Source of the DNA: Bacillota bacterium
GTDB taxonomy: Bacteria > Bacillota > Ch66 > Ch109
Length of the DNA stretch: 64,000 nt
Direction: 5' to 3'
NCBI GenBank assembly: GCA_050952625.1
Contig: JBMNLH010000003.1
Coordinates: 96,001 to 160,000, forward strand
Shown one piece after another: positions 61,712 through 64,000 of the stretch. Each line of letters starts with the position of its first letter. The first letter of the stretch is position 1. The notes under the pieces are model-generated. The model searched no databases. It was not told where the DNA came from and was given only the letters and a program-made list of their open reading frames with translations. The translations under genes were made by a program, and so were the position numbers.

Positions 61712-62848
61712 TTACACCAATTGCTCCAACCTAGCTCTAAACGGATTAAGCTTTATTTTACCCCCATCGCTGATTCTTGTCGCACTGGCCAAATTTCGCC
61801 GGATGCTCTGGTCCAAAGCCTGCCCAAAATCATCGCTATAGTTTTTAATTAAAACATTAAGCTCTAACAGCTTCCCCATGGCCTGCTTGTTCAGATTTGC
61901 CGAGCCTAAAGTAACCGTTCGCTTATCTACTCTGATCAATTTGGCATGGATCATATTTCTGCTTAAAAAAACCTTGACCCGGTTATCTGTCTTGGCTAGG
62001 ATCTCCTTTGACCACCTGCATATTGAGATCATGCTGGAGATTGGCTTTACCGGGCAAAAGCAGATTGATCCTCACCCCGCGGTTGGCCGCTTCAATAATT
62101 GTATGCGTAATATCTGGCTCCCCTAGATAAGCCATGAGAATATCGATTGACTCTCTAGCTGAGGCTAACAACTGGATAATTTTGTCCTTAACCTCATAGA
62201 ACAATTGCCCCGTTGCGCCGGACATTGAAGATAAACTCGACCGGGGCTTGCTCGTCAAAGCCCGCTCCGTGACGCAATCGCTGAAGAAATCTTCTCCACA
62301 AAAGATTGACCCACCAATTCAACCATGTAGTCATTATATTTCTTGCCTTCAACATCAGCATAAATGCTCTTATCCTCTATATTCATCCCGCCCAGAATCA
62401 AAACTCGGTTATCGAAGATATAGTACTTGGAGTGATCCCCGATGATGGTATCCTTATCAACGGATACATTCTGATGAACCAGCAGTCGACGCGCTAAACT
62501 ATTGGGTCTTTGTTTGGTGCTTCTGGCTTTTCCGGTCATGGGATACATGGTATTAACCGCTGCCGCCTTGAGCCACAAACCCAGGTTAAAATCCTTATGC
62601 CAAAAGCTCTGCTTGGTTTCCTCAGCTTTCTCAAACAATTCCCCCAGCTTATCTTTGACAATCCTTACCTTAACGCCCCGATCAGCCGCCTGCAGCAGTT
62701 CTTGGGCCAGCTGATTGCCAATCTCATCGTCCCGCCAGATAAACATATTTATGGAGATTGTTTTCGTCGCCGTTCTGATCCGTTCAATGATCCGCGGAAA
62801 GGCGGTTCCGCCATCGACCAGCAATTCTATATTTTCTGACTTCTCCAT
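61712..62848 (-). pseudogene. Phospholipase D / cardiolipin synthase-like gene with three apparent +1 frameshifts
   Basis: Two HKD motifs (HSKYYIFD, HAKLIRVD); shifts at ~62293, ~62208 and ~62008; probably sequencing errors. Confidence 0.8.
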
Positions 62849-62870
62849 CTTTTCTCATAACCTCATCCAC

Positions 62871-64000
62871 TCACAGCACCTGCTTTAAATAATACCCGGT
62901 ATAAGACTCGGGTACCTGCGCTACCTCTTCAGGAGTGCCGGTAGCCACCACCTCACCACCCCGCTCGCCTCCCTCCGGTCCCAAATCAATCAAGTAGTCG
63001 GCGGTTTTAATGACATCCAGGTTGTGTTCAATTACAATCACAGAATCCCCGGCCTCCACCAGTTGTTGCAGCACGTGCAGCAGATTGTGGACATCCGCTT
63101 TGTGCAAGCCGGTCGTCGGTTCATCCAGAAGATAAACGGTTTTGCCGGTGCTACGTCGGCTCAGTTCGGTCGCCAGCTTCACCCGTTGGGCTTCACCCCC
63201 GGACAGGGTCGTGGCCGGCTGGCCTAAACGCAGATAACCCAAGCCCACTTCCTCCAGGGTTTTCAGCTTGCGGATAATCTTGGGGTGATTCTGAAAGAAG
63301 TCCACCGCTTCCGCCACCGTCATGTCTAAGACATCGGCAATGTTTTTGCCCTTGTAGCGGATTTCCAGGGTTTCCCGGTTATAACGCTTACCCTTGCACA
63401 CCTCACAAGGGACATAGACATCCGGCAAAAAGTGCATCTCGATTTTAATAATCCCGTCCCCCCGGCAGGCCTCGCACCGGCCGCCTTTAACGTTAAAGCT
63501 AAAGCGACCAGCCCGGTAACCCCGGACCCGGGACTCTGTGGTCTGCGTAAAAAGCTCCCGAATGCTGTCAAAAACACCCGTATAGGTGGCTGCGTTGGAA
63601 CGGGGGGTCCGGCCAATAGGCGACTGATCAATATCAATCACCTTGTCCACGTACTCCAAACCCTGAATGGCATCATGCTCCCCCGGCCGGGTAGAAGCCC
63701 GGTGCAGGACCTGAGCCAATTTTTTATACAGAATCTCATTGATCAAGGTGCTTTTTCCCGAACCGGACACCCCGGTAACGCAGGTAAAAACCCCCAACGG
63801 AATACGCACCGAAATGTTCTTTAAATTATTCTCCCGAGCCCCTTGGATTTCCAGCCACTTCCCATTGCCTGGCCGGCGCTGCTCTGGCCGCGGGATCTCC
63901 TTGCGGCCACTAAAATACTGGCCGGTCACTGATTCCGGCACGGCCATCAGATCTTCCAGGGTCCCCTGCGCCACCACTTGACCCCCAAGGGCCCCGGCCC
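62871..64000 (-). CDS. uvrA: Excinuclease ABC subunit A (3' part; start outside window)
   Basis: [22 protein letters not shown] zinc finger, LSGGEAQR and LDEPTTGLH motifs. Confidence 0.97.
   Translation of the reverse strand, partial: AGALGGQVVAQGTLEDLMAVPESVTGQYFSGRKEIPRPEQRRPGNGKWLEIQGARENNLKNISVRIPLGVFTCVTGVSGSGKSTLINEILYKKLAQVLHRASTRPGEHDAIQGLEYVDKVIDIDQSPIGRTPRSNAATYTGVFDSIRELFTQTTESRVRGYRAGRFSFNVKGGRCEACRGDGIIKIEMHFLPDVYVPCEVCKGKRYNRETLEIRYKGKNIADVLDMTVAEAVDFFQNHPKIIRKLKTLEEVGLGYLRLGQPATTLSGGEAQRVKLATELSRRSTGKTVYLLDEPTTGLHKADVHNLLHVLQQLVEAGDSVIVIEHNLDVIKTADYLIDLGPEGGERGGEVVATGTPEEVAQVPESYTGYYLKQVL

Noticed and set aside
41374-62848. Genuine pseudogenisation or programmed frameshifting of gpmI, DUF362 and cls
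   Set aside because: All five breaks are single-base insertions, mostly in short runs, with otherwise intact sequence, and gpmI is a core gene. An insertion-biased sequencing error is more likely; read-level checking is needed.

Overview
Chromosomal window from a spore-forming Clostridia-type Firmicute, in two parts. The right half (33.66-64 kb) is core genome read mostly on the minus strand: uvrA(3'), cls-like PLD, uvrC, Cof HAD, DUF362, ROK, rapZ-yvcK-whiA-rpoN, gap-pgk-tpiA-gpmI-eno, secG-est-HDIG-rnr-smpB-ssrA, with pgi, a 3D-domain gene and a GT2 gene on the plus strand. The left half (1-33.66 kb) is visibly more AT-rich accessory DNA directly downstream of the tmRNA 3' end. It holds the decayed remains of a tmRNA-integrated element (serine-integrase tail, HicBA, XRE repressor tail). 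Five IS copies crowd it: one ISL3 and three IS4 with intact target-site duplications, plus one IS1634 without a TSD; two of the IS4 copies are nested inside other IS. It also carries a 1642-aa SF1 helicase-nuclease (probable defence gene), a metal/NO-stress cassette, RtcB, a solute-binding protein + transmembrane LuxR module, and several internally deleted genes. Best leads: (i) a 193-bp rod-like repeat in 3 tandem copies plus 2 dispersed fragments, with strand-specific tandem G.A pairs; (ii) the kinase-less SBP/Cache-LuxR module with a twin palindromic operator; (iii) pgk and tpiA in frame and separated by one UGA; (iv) a sigma54 promoter in front of the operon containing rpoN; (v) an orphan TnpB omegaRNA-like remnant and an inverted pair of XerD/dif-like half-sites. 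Several +1 frameshifts in core genes look like sequencing errors. All family assignments come from motif recognition; no database search was run.
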